From contig NC_043012.1 in assembly GCF_006345805.1 (NCBI RefSeq), forward strand, positions 58,776,001-58,840,000: DNA of 64,000 bases. Reading direction: 5' to 3'. The notes under the pieces are model-generated. The model saw nothing but the letters and a program-made list of their open reading frames with translations, had not been told where the DNA came from and ran no database searches. Below, one piece after another: positions 39,791 through 51,780 of this stretch (positions are counted from its first letter, which is position 1; each line of letters begins with the position of its first letter). This stretch comes from Octopus sinensis. Its lineage: Eukaryota. The translations under genes and the position numbers were made by a program.

Positions 39791-39917
39791 TTTATTTTAT
39801 AGAAGGAGCTTCTAAAGGACTAGAACTGTTTCATTCAAAAGAAATCATCAGGCTTCCTGATGATTTCTTTTGAATGAAACAGTTCTAGTCCTGTAGAAGC
39901 TCCTTCTATAAAATAAA
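39791..39917. repeat. Near-perfect 62-bp-arm palindrome with 3-nt loop
   Basis: Arms 39791-39852 and 39856-39917, one mismatch; loop CTT. Confidence 0.95.
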
Positions 39918-39983
39918 TTAATTTACTCTGCTATGTATTGAGTACCTTATTTACTGTGGTTAACCCCGACTCAACCCGGGACC

Positions 39984-40074
<91 letters not shown>

Positions 40075-40158
40075 TACATATATACGCATACATATATACG
40101 TATATATATAATATATACGTATACATATATATACGTATATATATAATGTATAAATATA

Positions 40159-40215
<57 letters not shown>

Positions 40216-41404
40216 GTATATACATACATCTACATTTCGTCCGTCTTCAAGTTGTAAGTTCCAATTCCGTCGAGGTAGTCTTTGGCTTCCGTTCTTTTGA
40301 AGTCGATAAATTTATCAGTTGAATCCTAGGGTCAATATAATCGACTTACCCGATCCCCTGTGCCCATAGTAGAAAGGATTCTTACTCAATTAGTTACCTA
40401 TCTAAATAATCAACTATATATATAACAATTCTTTCAGTGACTGTTTACCGTCATTCGTAGCCTCAAAATGACATGCATTCACCGGTTGTGTCCCCTGCTT
40501 TGCCTGCTATTCAAAACAAAAACAACCCTCCCACGATACATCAAAAAATCTGTTTTTATCTCGCGATTTCACATCAAAAATCTTACAAAACCATATACCA
40601 CAAACGACATACAAACACATATAGACAGACACATAATGCATATACAAACACACACGGACACACATACGTATGTGCGAACGCGCGTGTGCGCGTATGAGAC
40701 GATCACCAATGATATAACTATTGAGATGTATTTAGAATTTATGTTATGAGACATATCAGTTTGCTGTGGAATATATCGTAATATATAACATGATTAAAGA
40801 AGCTCTTATTCTGTGAGCCAAACAGAATCAAGCAAACAGTATAACTAAACACTTACCATAAAAAATAGTGTAAGACAGCTCTGGAGAAATGCTGCAATAT
40901 TTCAAAACAAACAATATCAATAAATATTCTTAGAGATAGTGCATTATATAAGAGAAACGTTCGATTTAGTATCTACAAAACTACTTTATTATATAATAGA
41001 CAAACAACAACATATATATACTGGCTCCAAACCGTATTAATTTATTCATCTTGAAATAATAAAACAAAGCAGTTTTGTCTTTTGTTTTTTTTTTTGTTTC
41101 TTTTTGTTTCTTTTTGGTTTTCCAGATATATCTCAATAAACATAACAGAAAATTATTAGTCATCGGCTGTAAAACATAGAAACATATATATGTATATGTG
41201 TGAGTGTGGATGCATGTATATAAATATGCTATAAATATTCATATATGTGAATATATATATATACATATATATAATTTATATAATATATATACAAACATAC
41301 ATGTATCTAATACGCATATGTAGGAATATGTAAGTATGTATCAATATGTGTATGTATATGTGTGTTTGTTTATGTTTACGTGTGTGTGATTGTCTTTGTG
41401 TGTT

Positions 41405-41437
<33 letters not shown>

Positions 41438-41769
41438 ATGTGTGTGTTTAGACCCACATGTCTAGTCTAATAAAAAAAACCAGGCCTAAACAAATATGCA
41501 AGTATGCAGCTAATGTTGTATATACAATCATTCAATCATGTAACTTCGGAGTCAATTACTTTCATATTCTACTATTTTCAACACAAATCTCAAAATTCAA
41601 TCAAACGATGAATGAAAATCCTGGATTATGTATTATATAAACGATTTAATTCTTGTTTTTTATTAAGTATATTGGAAAGCGTGAACGGCTCTATCTGTAT
41701 TCTACCCTACATTATTTTTGCTTTATACCCAGTGCCGAAGCACTTGATGTCCTCATTGCTGTCGCTGAA

Positions 41770-43045
41770 CCTACCAGCTACATATATCTCGATTGAGACC
41801 TCTAGAAATCTCCGTCTGTCTGGAGCAATGTATTTTGATCCCAAATTGCTATATCACAGCCAGAAATATATTTTTTAGTTCAAAGCCTACAGATTTTCAT
41901 CAGTTCAGCCTCAGCCAATAGACTTAGAGCCTTCATTGTCTCACCAAACCTGCTAAAAATAGTAGCAGTATATTTTCAACTTAGACTCTAGAAATTTCTG
42001 TCAATCCTGGCCAATACACTTAGAGTACTGATTGATTGCTCTCGCTCAACCAGCTAAAAATAGTGGGTATATATATTTCAAATCAGACCCAAGATATCTT
42101 CATCAGTCTGGGCCGATGGACTTGAATCCCTCACTGTGATCTCCTTCCATCTGGGCTGATATTTTATTTTCATCTGTACGTGCTAGACGTTGCAACGTCC
42201 CCCCTCCTCAGCCCCACCCTTTCTATTTGTCTGCCTTGTGGTTCTCTATGTTCGCAACTCTCCCTATATTACTTTGTTTTATTGTCTTTCGCCCTATGCA
42301 TCCAGTTGTCCATCTATCTCAAATTTCAATTTGAACGTGATTAAGATGGCAACGTCAGTCTACAAATGTAGAAAGGTTGGAACATGATGACGGATAAAAA
42401 TATCCCCTCTGTTGAATTTTGTTTTCCCACCTCATCTTTCTCTTTATTTGCACTTCAGATATAATTTTAATATGGAAAGGGATTGTAACGTAACTTTTAC
42501 CTTTTAAGTATAATAAATAGAAAACGGGTACCAGTATTATATTACAGTAATATCCAGAGTTCCCCTTTATCAAATATTTCACTATTACAAACCTTGGCTT
42601 TCAGATTTGGCAATCATATACCAATATACAATATCACAGATGGACTGTATACAGAAGAAAAGAACAACAGAATAAAAGTTACATACAGAGAATAAAGTTA
42701 CATACAGGTCTGCTTCATTTGTCCAGTTTTATTTCTAACTGAAAGTAAATCAGATTGCAGTACAATGGGCATAATGCTATAGAGATATGATTAATGCCAC
42801 CTAATCTTCGTATACTATCGTTCTTTCTTTTCCTTTTCATTTTATTTCTTATTTCTATTTATACATTAGTATCTTTTGCAGCTTCTGTTGAAGTAACTAA
42901 GTTTGTAATTTTCAATTCAGACCCTAAAAGTCTTCGCCAGTCTTAGCAAATGCATTCGTTGGTGTCACTCAATCGGCTAAAAATAGTAGATATACATTCT
43001 TCAAACCAGACCCTAGAGATTTTCATCAGTCAGGGCCAATGCACT
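41770..43045. repeat. Degenerate ~100-bp minisatellite (41770-42130, further units 42900-43045)
   Basis: GCTAAAAATAGT at 41952, 42053 and 42976; TTCATCAGT recurs at ~41896, ~42099 and ~43022. Confidence 0.65.
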
Positions 43046-43689
43046 TGTATTTTGTCGTTCTTTTATTCCTTTTCTTTTTACTTCTTCTTTTTATTTATGA
43101 ATTATTATTTTTTGCAGTTTCTGTCAAAGTAACTAAGTACTCTCCGATTCCTCCACCTCATGGTGTCGCTTATCATGTTTCTATGACGTATAAATATACG
43201 AGATATAAACATCTCCCTTAAAGGGGTCACTAGTTCGTTTAGAGGGTAAGTCATTTATAGCTGAGTGAGATTGCCCAACGTGAAATAAAATATTTTATTG
43301 AAGTAAATAACTCAAAATCCGGACCGGGAATCGAATCGACGACCTTGCGATCATAATGCAACACACCAACCACAATGTAACTCGAATTCTCTTCTATCTA
43401 ACTTTAAAAAAAAAAAATCAATATTTAACAAGAGAATCGATGACGTCAGACTAGGACGGTGATAAATACGGAATCTGTATACCATAAATTGAAGATCATA
43501 GTCAAGTTTCGCCATCAGGAAATAAAGGCAACTGATGCAGCAAGAGAAGACCTGGCAAAGTTATGATAAAGCAACGTTATAAAAGAAAGAATCAATATTT
43601 TGTTTGCACATTTGCACATGATTCTACATGCTTCGAGAATCCACGAGACGTTATAATGATGAGGATTATGCTCCATTATGGGAGTAGTG

Positions 43690-44027
43690 TTGACATTGAT
43701 GGTGATGAATGTTATTAATATTATTATTATTATCATCATCATCAATATTATTATTATTATTACTATTATTATTACTATTATTATTATTATTATCATTATT
43801 ATTATTATTATTATTATCATCATCATTATTATTTTCATCATCACCACCTCTGCTGGTATTATCATAACGGTTGTTATATTTCTTCATATTATAACACTTC
43901 GTATTGTTGTTGTTGTTGTTGTTGTTGTTGCTGTTCTTCTTCTTCTTCTCTTCTTCTTCTTCTTCTTCTTCTCTTCTTCTTCTTCTTCCCCTCTTTCTTC
44001 TACTTATTATTATTCTTGTTACTGTCA

Positions 44028-44076
<49 letters not shown>

Positions 44077-44326
44077 CATCATCATCATCATCATCCTTAT
44101 TTTCATTTTCCTTGTTATTTTCATTGTTAGTTCATTTATTATTGTAGTTGTTATTGTTGTAGGTTGTTATTATTATTCAAAAAATCTAAACATCTATAAA
44201 CATGTCAATCTCGAGTAAAATTTTTTTTTCCTTTTTTATCTATTTTTTCTAACATTATGTGCTTGTTTGTTTTCTTTCTCTTTCCTTTTTCACAGCAGCA
44301 ATTTGCTGAATTATTAGTTGCATGCC

Positions 44327-44422
<96 letters not shown>

Positions 44423-44533
44423 TAATAATAATGAAAACGACTCACCGTCACCACAACCACCACCACCAACAACAATTATAGTAGTAATAATAATAATAAT
44501 ATTAATAATGATAATGATAATAATAATAATAAT

Positions 44534-44616
<83 letters not shown>

Positions 44617-44620
44617 TTCC
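43690..44620. repeat. Compound trinucleotide microsatellite block (ATT/ATC/GTT/TTC, then AAT)
   Basis: Direct reading. The poly-I/N/Y/E ORFs are artefacts. Confidence 0.95.
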
Positions 44621-45674
44621 TTATGAATTGTGCAAACTATATTTATATTTTGTCAATATTTCCATCTATTATTTGCCTTCTTAAGTGAATATCCAATGTA
44701 GTGGCACCTCCTTCAAATTTACTGCTGTTTGTTTTTGTTTTCATTATTGTTGTTATTGCTGTCGTGGTCGTTATTATCGTTGCTGCTGTTGTTGTTCGTT
44801 ATGTTGTGTTACGTTACTTCCTCAAGCTCTCTTACGGTATTTCTTCACTATTCTCACTTACCTCATATCCTCCCTCCCTCTGTCTCTACCTCAGCTCTCC
44901 TCCTTCTTATTTTCTCTCCTTCTTATTCGCTCTCCTTCTTCTCCTTCTCACACTGTCACATTTCAATTTCTCACTTTTTTGTACAGTGATTGCCATTTTT
45001 ATATTGCCATTATTATTATTTTCATTATTACTATCGTTACTATTATTATTCATATTACTTGTAGTAGTAATAATTCTATTTTATTTTTTTTTCTTACACT
45101 ACTGACAGCATAACTAGAAACAATTCAATTTTTTGAAAGGATCCCATTTTGCCAGGAGTCCTAGCTAATTAACTGTCATTAATAATTTCAAATTCTACTT
45201 TGACCCAGGCAGATCACACATCAAGCAGTCAAAAGAAAAATTCACTGCAACATCATTCCACTCCCTATCACTTTCTCTCACTCACTCACTCCCCCTCTCT
45301 TATTCGTTCTCATTATTTTTTCCTTTCTTTCCCTCTAACCTCTCTCTCTCTCCCTCTCTATCTTGTTATCCATATTTTTTTCGAAAGGATTCGATAAATT
45401 TTTCTTGAAGGCAAAGAAGACTCCTATAATATAACAATAATAGTAATAATAATATCGCACAGCGCACACATATGCATACATACACAAACACAGGTGTTAC
45501 ATATGATACACACAGACACACACACAAACACACACACACATATATATATATGTGAATATTTACACATTTAAATATGGTGTGTATATGTACGTGTGAGAAA
45601 GTTGGAGCATGTTCATATATATATGTATACACTCGCACACACACACACATATATATATATACATGCATACATAC

Positions 45675-45724
<50 letters not shown>

Positions 45725-46019
45725 CATACATCTATATATATACACACATATATGTGCGTGTGTACGTGTGTATATACAAGGGATCTGTGCACGCATATGT
45801 ATATACATTCATGTTTACGTATGTATCGTACACTTCTTCCAATCTTAAATTTAACGAAAAAAAAAACCTAAAGAAATGCGAAAATTTAGGTCTCAACGAG
45901 AAAACAAAACAATTCTATTTTAAGTTTTTATGCATGGCTCCCTTTTCTCTCCTTTTTCTCTCCCTCTTCTGCCGCTTTCTCTCTCTTTTCTCTCTACGTC
46001 TACCGCTCTCTCAATCTAC

Positions 46020-46162
46020 GTTCTTGTCTCTATCTATCTATCCTTCTATCTATCCATATATCTACCTATCTATCTATCTACCGACCTACCTACTTACCTA
46101 CCTACCTATCTATCTACCTATCCATATATCTATCTATAGCTGTCTATCTATCTATCTATCTG

Positions 46163-46225
<63 letters not shown>

Positions 46226-46259
46226 GTCTATCTATCTATCTCGCTATCTATCTATCTCG

Positions 46260-46325
<66 letters not shown>

Positions 46326-46484
46326 CATCTATCTATTTCTCTATCTATCTCGCTATCTATCTATCTATCTATCTATCTATCTCGCTATCTATCTATCTAT
46401 CTGTCTTTCTATCTATCTGTCTATCTAACTATCTATCCATCTATCTATCTACCTACGCACCTACCTTATTACCTACCTACCTAT

Positions 46485-46539
<55 letters not shown>

Positions 46540-46637
46540 ACTATCAATCTAACTATCTATCTAACCATCTATCAATCCATCTCATTATTTATATCTATCT
46601 ATCTAGCTATCGATCTATCTATCTATCTATCTATCCT

Positions 46638-46696
<59 letters not shown>

Positions 46697-46700
46697 CAAT
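46020..46700. repeat. Long (TATC)n/(TACC)n tetranucleotide array
   Basis: Direct reading. Shorter (GATA/TATC)n arrays lie at ~560-640, 1430-1495, 19850-20000, 55710-55805 and 56400-56475. Confidence 0.95.
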
Positions 46701-46811
46701 ATCAACATCTCTATGTTTATCATCTCCTGTCCTTCAGTCCCTCCTCCGTGTCTATGTGTATCTCTTCCAATGTCTTGTTAGGCTCCTTTACACGAGGTCT
46801 GAAATTTCTTT

Positions 46812-46858
<47 letters not shown>

Positions 46859-46873
46859 TTACTGCTGCTGCTG

Positions 46874-46907
<34 letters not shown>

Positions 46908-47138
46908 CACCACTCTTCCTCCCTTCGTTGCCAATAAACTGCAACATTCCAAAAATATTATAAATAATTGTGAACAAAAATATATTCTTAATAATTCACG
47001 AATGTTACTAAGGAAAAAAATTGCCTCAGAATTTTCCCACGCGGTGCATACATACACAAATAAACACATACACATATATATATATATGCATAAACATACA
47101 CACACAAACATATATGTATGCATACATACATACGCACG

Positions 47139-47197
<59 letters not shown>

Positions 47198-47256
47198 ATA
47201 TATACATATATACGTGCGTATCTATGAATATATGTATATTCCTGTATGTATATATA

Positions 47257-47314
<58 letters not shown>

Positions 47315-47413
47315 GCTCACAGGGTCTTATGTAAAAATATAACACGAATTAGTGAGAAAACCGTGAAGCAAGATCTCTTTTTCTACCTCATCTTTTTCCT
47401 TGGCATTGTTCTT

Positions 47414-47469
<56 letters not shown>

Positions 47470-47684
47470 GGCTTAGACTTGCTTGTCTACTGTGGCTGGA
47501 GGAAAAAATATGATTAAACATAGTGAATGAAGTCTTTTTTTCGTTTCATCGTGTTTCCAAAATACCCCATGTCTTTTCATGAGAAAAGCCGATTGAAAAT
47601 TTTGTATAGACTTTACATCATTTAAAATTAAATTTCCTTATCCTATTTGATTTATATAAAACAGATTCATAACGGATTTTCATG

Positions 47685-47760
<76 letters not shown>

Positions 47761-48104
47761 TATTGTAACATGTAACGTACTCATGGCTGTGTCAAAAAAC
47801 ACGTGCGATCGTACATACGCCCTCATATCTATTTGTCTATATGTGTGTTTTTATGTGAGCGTCAAGGATGGTGCTGCGGAGTGACAGATAGTGAGTGAGA
47901 GTCTGTGTATTTTCCGTGGGTGTTTTGTGTGTGTGGTTTAATATAAATTTTCTTCATTGTTATGTTTGTTCGACGTTATCATCTTCGCTCAAAGTACAAT
48001 GTCTAATTTTTCACGTTCCACCTGGCACTGCGCGCATATAGCCACATTGCGACGAAGTATAATATGTGGTCGGGGTGTTTCAAAGCAATTGGATGTATTT
48101 TATA

Positions 48105-48265
48105 GGCAGGCATGACTGTGATGTAAGAAGCTTGCTTCCCAACCACATAATTCCGACTTCAGTCCATATCCGTGGCAACTTGGGCAAGTGTTTTCTACAA
48201 TAGCCTCGTGCCGTCCGAAGCCTTGTGAGTGGATTTGGTAGGCAGATCTTGAAAGAGGCAAACCG
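48105..48265 (+). mobile_element. SINE family A, 5' half
   Basis: Matches 4661-4818. Confidence 0.75.
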
Positions 48266-48374
48266 TACACATCTATCTATCTATTTATCTATCGGTTGAT
48301 CTATCTATCCGTCTCTCTCATCCTCTCACTCCCTTTATACACACACACACTCATATATGTATGTATATATGTGC

Positions 48375-48416
<42 letters not shown>

Positions 48417-48589
48417 CATTAATAGTTATCGCCATACTTATATGGCAGTCTTATAAATATAAGACTAAAGCTGTCGCTGATTAGCTCCAAGAGGCTACCG
48501 CCTCAAGCTAGCTATTTGACACACAACTTGCGTCCATTATAATCCTTCGAACAGGGGAGGTCAGCCGCTTCATCCTGCCAGTCACACAG

Positions 48590-48631
48590 CTGCAGACATG
48601 TTTCAGAGTATTTGCCCTTTATCAATGCAGC
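48590..48631 (-). ncRNA. Minimal type I hammerhead ribozyme (U3:A8 core variant), minus-strand copy
   Basis: CTGCA-TTGATAA-A-AGGG-CAAATA-CTCT-GAAA-CATG-TC-TGCAG; stem II has one G.U pair and one extra A. Confidence 0.65.
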
Positions 48632-48852
48632 GTAGCCAGGCCCAGCAGGTGTCGCTACTGACTGTCCCTGTTCGAAGAATCTATTTACCTAGTTTCAGTG
48701 GAATACATCCACTTGTTTTCAATAATAGAAATATTAAAATTACTAAGTCTCTCTAAAGGAGATTACGACAGCGTTACTGGAAATTAATAGTTATCGCCAT
48801 ACTTATATGGCAGTCTTATAAATATAAGACTAAAGCTGTCGCTGATTAGCTC

Positions 48853-48893
48853 CTGCATTGATAAAGGGCAAATACCCTGAAACATGTCTGCAG
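48853..48893 (+). ncRNA. Minimal type I hammerhead ribozyme (U3:A8 core variant)
   Basis: Stem I CTGCA/TGCAG; core TTGATAA; stem II AGGG/CCCT; GAAA; palindromic stem III ACATGT; GUC site with predicted cleavage after C48888. Confidence 0.75.
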
Positions 48894-49114
48894 CTGTCTG
48901 ACTGGCAGGATGGAGCGGCTGACCTCCCCTGTTCGAAGGTTTATAATGGACGCAGGTTGTGTGTTAAATAGCTAGTTTGAGGCGGTGGCCTCTTGGAGCT
49001 AATCAGCGACAGCTTTGGTCTTATATTTATAAGACTGCCATATAAATATGGCGATAACTATTAATTTCCAGTAACGGTGTCGTAATCTCCTTTAGAGTGA
49101 CTTAGTAATTTTAA

Positions 49115-49157
<43 letters not shown>

Positions 49158-49252
49158 ATTAAAACCAGTGGCCTAGCATATTAAAAAAATCCGAAGATTA
49201 AAATATACGTATATATGTATATATATTTATATATATGTATATATATATATAT

Positions 49253-49302
<50 letters not shown>

Positions 49303-49449
49303 TATTTTAATCTTCGGATTTTTTTAATATGCTAGCTCACTGGTTTTAATTGATTGGCATCAATTTCTACCCTTATTCAATTATATATATATATTGATAG
49401 ATAGATAGGTAAATAGAGTGACAGAGAAACAGCCAATCAGACAAACTGA

Positions 49450-50017
49450 CAGGTCTTGTAGAACTAAACCCCAAGTGTCCTTTTGGTCAACTGAAAGCAG
49501 TTTTGGCACACATTTTGCTTAAACACGTTTCATACACAAATCTTCAGTGATAAGGGACTGAACTGAACCGTAATTAATCTGCACATCCTTTGATTGCGAT
49601 TCGACGATTTCCCCTCACAGTTGCACGTACATCCGCATTGTTTTCTCAGTTCTGCTGGTTGCCGATCTCTCAGAAAATTTGTCAGTATCGACATCTTTTA
49701 GGCCATCTTGGAAAAGTCGGAAACTCTCATACACTTCTCTGCGGCTACTACACTCCTCGCCATACACTTTCTGCAACTTTGCGTGGGCCTCTGAGCAGAT
49801 ATCGGTGTGACAACTCTCTCTGTCATAGTCAATGCAACAATCACACGCTACATATCTTCCTTCCAAGCACTATTGGAAACAGCGGAAGCGTGCTAGGACG
49901 TTAAAACATAACGCGCATGCACAACAGAGTTCAAATTCAATCTGTGCCCAGCGGCTTTACTCTGCGTAATTATTGCTCCGTTACTATGTCAACAGTCCGG
50001 ATACTTTTTGATCAGGC
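49450..50017 (-). mobile_element. Mariner transposon 5' portion (TIR remnant + N-terminal DNA-binding domain)
   Basis: SEAHAKLQKVYGEECSSRREVYESFRLFQDGLKDVDTDKFSERSATSRTE, then a degenerate AKCVPKLLSVDQK (WVPR-linker-like). TIR remnant TGATCAAAAAGTATCCGGACT at ~49995-50015. Confidence 0.85.
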
Positions 50018-50220
50018 ATTTTCAAAAATATACATACATACAGATATATACGTATATACATGTATAATGCATATGTAGGCGAGTTCGAATCTCATGGCTG
50101 GCCGGTAACGTATTTTTCTGCAATGTATGGGCAATTTATCCTGTTCTCGCTATTTTATTATCATTATCACGCGTTTGAGAATTAAAACTTTATTTCTGTA
50201 TATATATATATATATATATA

Positions 50221-50254
<34 letters not shown>

Positions 50255-50257
50255 ATA

Positions 50258-50465
50258 CACGAAGGGGTGCTGAAAAGGCCCTGGCTCTAAGGGTGTTGCG
50301 AACGCCTGGTTGGAAGCCCAGTATTCCGAGTCCATTTACGGGGCTTAGAAATCCCGAGGAGGATCGCTACAATGTGTGTGTGAATCTCAGAGGAATATGT
50401 TGAATTGATCATAATTAACTGATTCTCCTGTAAGCAAAACCTGGAAGTCTTCAACACACTTCGTG
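50258..50465 (+). mobile_element. Mariner-derived MITE
   Basis: Imperfect TIRs CACGAAGGGGTGCTGAAAAG.../...TTCAACACACTTCGTG, TA TSD on both sides; homologous to 63010-63223. Confidence 0.85.
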
Positions 50466-50478
50466 TATCTATATGTAC

Positions 50479-50535
<57 letters not shown>

Positions 50536-50545
50536 ATATATATAT

Positions 50546-50605
<60 letters not shown>

Positions 50606-51109
50606 GTGTGTGTGTGTGTATATTATATGTATGTATGTATGTATATCCCCTTCATTATATAAGTGCCACATGATGTTAATTATCATATCCTTAATAGCGT
50701 TCATTAGCATATTAATCGGTTGTAGTGATTATTTTCCCATAGCTCTGGTTGATGACGTCAGTGCTTTTATTGTTCTATAACGACATCAGCCTTCAGCAGA
50801 ATTACGGTCGTAGAACTTTGAATCTAAAAACAACACCTCTTGTCAAAAGCGTACTGCCTGATGTTCTTCTTTGTTCTACATCCATTCATCAAGTGCGATT
50901 TTTCAGCATGCAACGTTCATCTTAGCGAGGTATGCCTGCTAGTTCTTATCGATCAATTTGAATATATATAGTCTATTTATATATTTACTCTTGTTATTGT
51001 TAGAGTTAATCCCCAGATCATCCCTGATAACTATCTATAATTTAGTACGTTTCTGTCGTGACTACTACAATCCATCTCCAAACACAACGCATGTATTGAA
51101 TCATCCCAA

Positions 51110-51780
51110 AAATGATGCGGTTCTTTAAATACTTCTTTTATTGTTCAAATTTATAATAAACAAAGTTGTTTTTTAAATCTAAAAATATACTCAACTTCAT
51201 TTTCTACAATGCTCTTCCATCTATTTGGTAGACTTGCAAGGCCCCTCTTCCAAAATTCACTCGTCCGTGGCGAAAAATACTCCTCCAGTACTGTTCTCGT
51301 GCTACAGAATTCATATTTGTTTCTTCCAAATGATTCTGAAGACTACTGAATAAATTATAATCAGATATGACAATATCCGGCGAATATGGTAGGTATGGCA
51401 TCGTTTCCCATCCAAACTGCTCCAGCCATTGGAATGTTCGTGGAAACGAATTTTTAAAGGATCGCATTTAGCAGCTTCATCCAGCTCGGTATATTTAAGC
51501 TGCATCTAAACTATCGTCGCCTGAGTGAAGAAATCTAAAGTCGATCTCAGTTTTATAGTAAAACGTTACTTAAAATTACGTCATCAAATACCGGAAAACT
51601 TTATATACAATATGCATACTGTTTCACCATACTGTTTCCGAATAAGGATGTACAACCTAATTACAAGATCACAGATTTTGCGATACGGAACGACGATATA
51701 CTTGGTATTAAAATCCATCGCCAACGAGATGGTGAACGGAGCGGGAAGAAACATCGAACTTCTAAATAGAACTTTAAATG
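51110..51780 (-). mobile_element. Internally deleted mariner transposon remnant
   Basis: QWLEQFGWETMPYLPYSPDIVISDYNLFSSLQNHL (YSPDL motif) at 51204-51467; weak N-terminal echoes (VYGE, SGD) at 51520-51640. Confidence 0.8.

Larger units (their letters stand above)
48419..49119. mobile_element. Non-autonomous Penelope-like/retrozyme-like element: partial tandem plus inverted terminal repeat
   Basis: Direct repeat offset 365 bp (48421 and 48786). 48853-49064 is the reverse complement of 48419-48631, and 48995-49119 of 48729-48853. Flanked by (TA)n on both sides; carries hammerheads. Confidence 0.75.
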
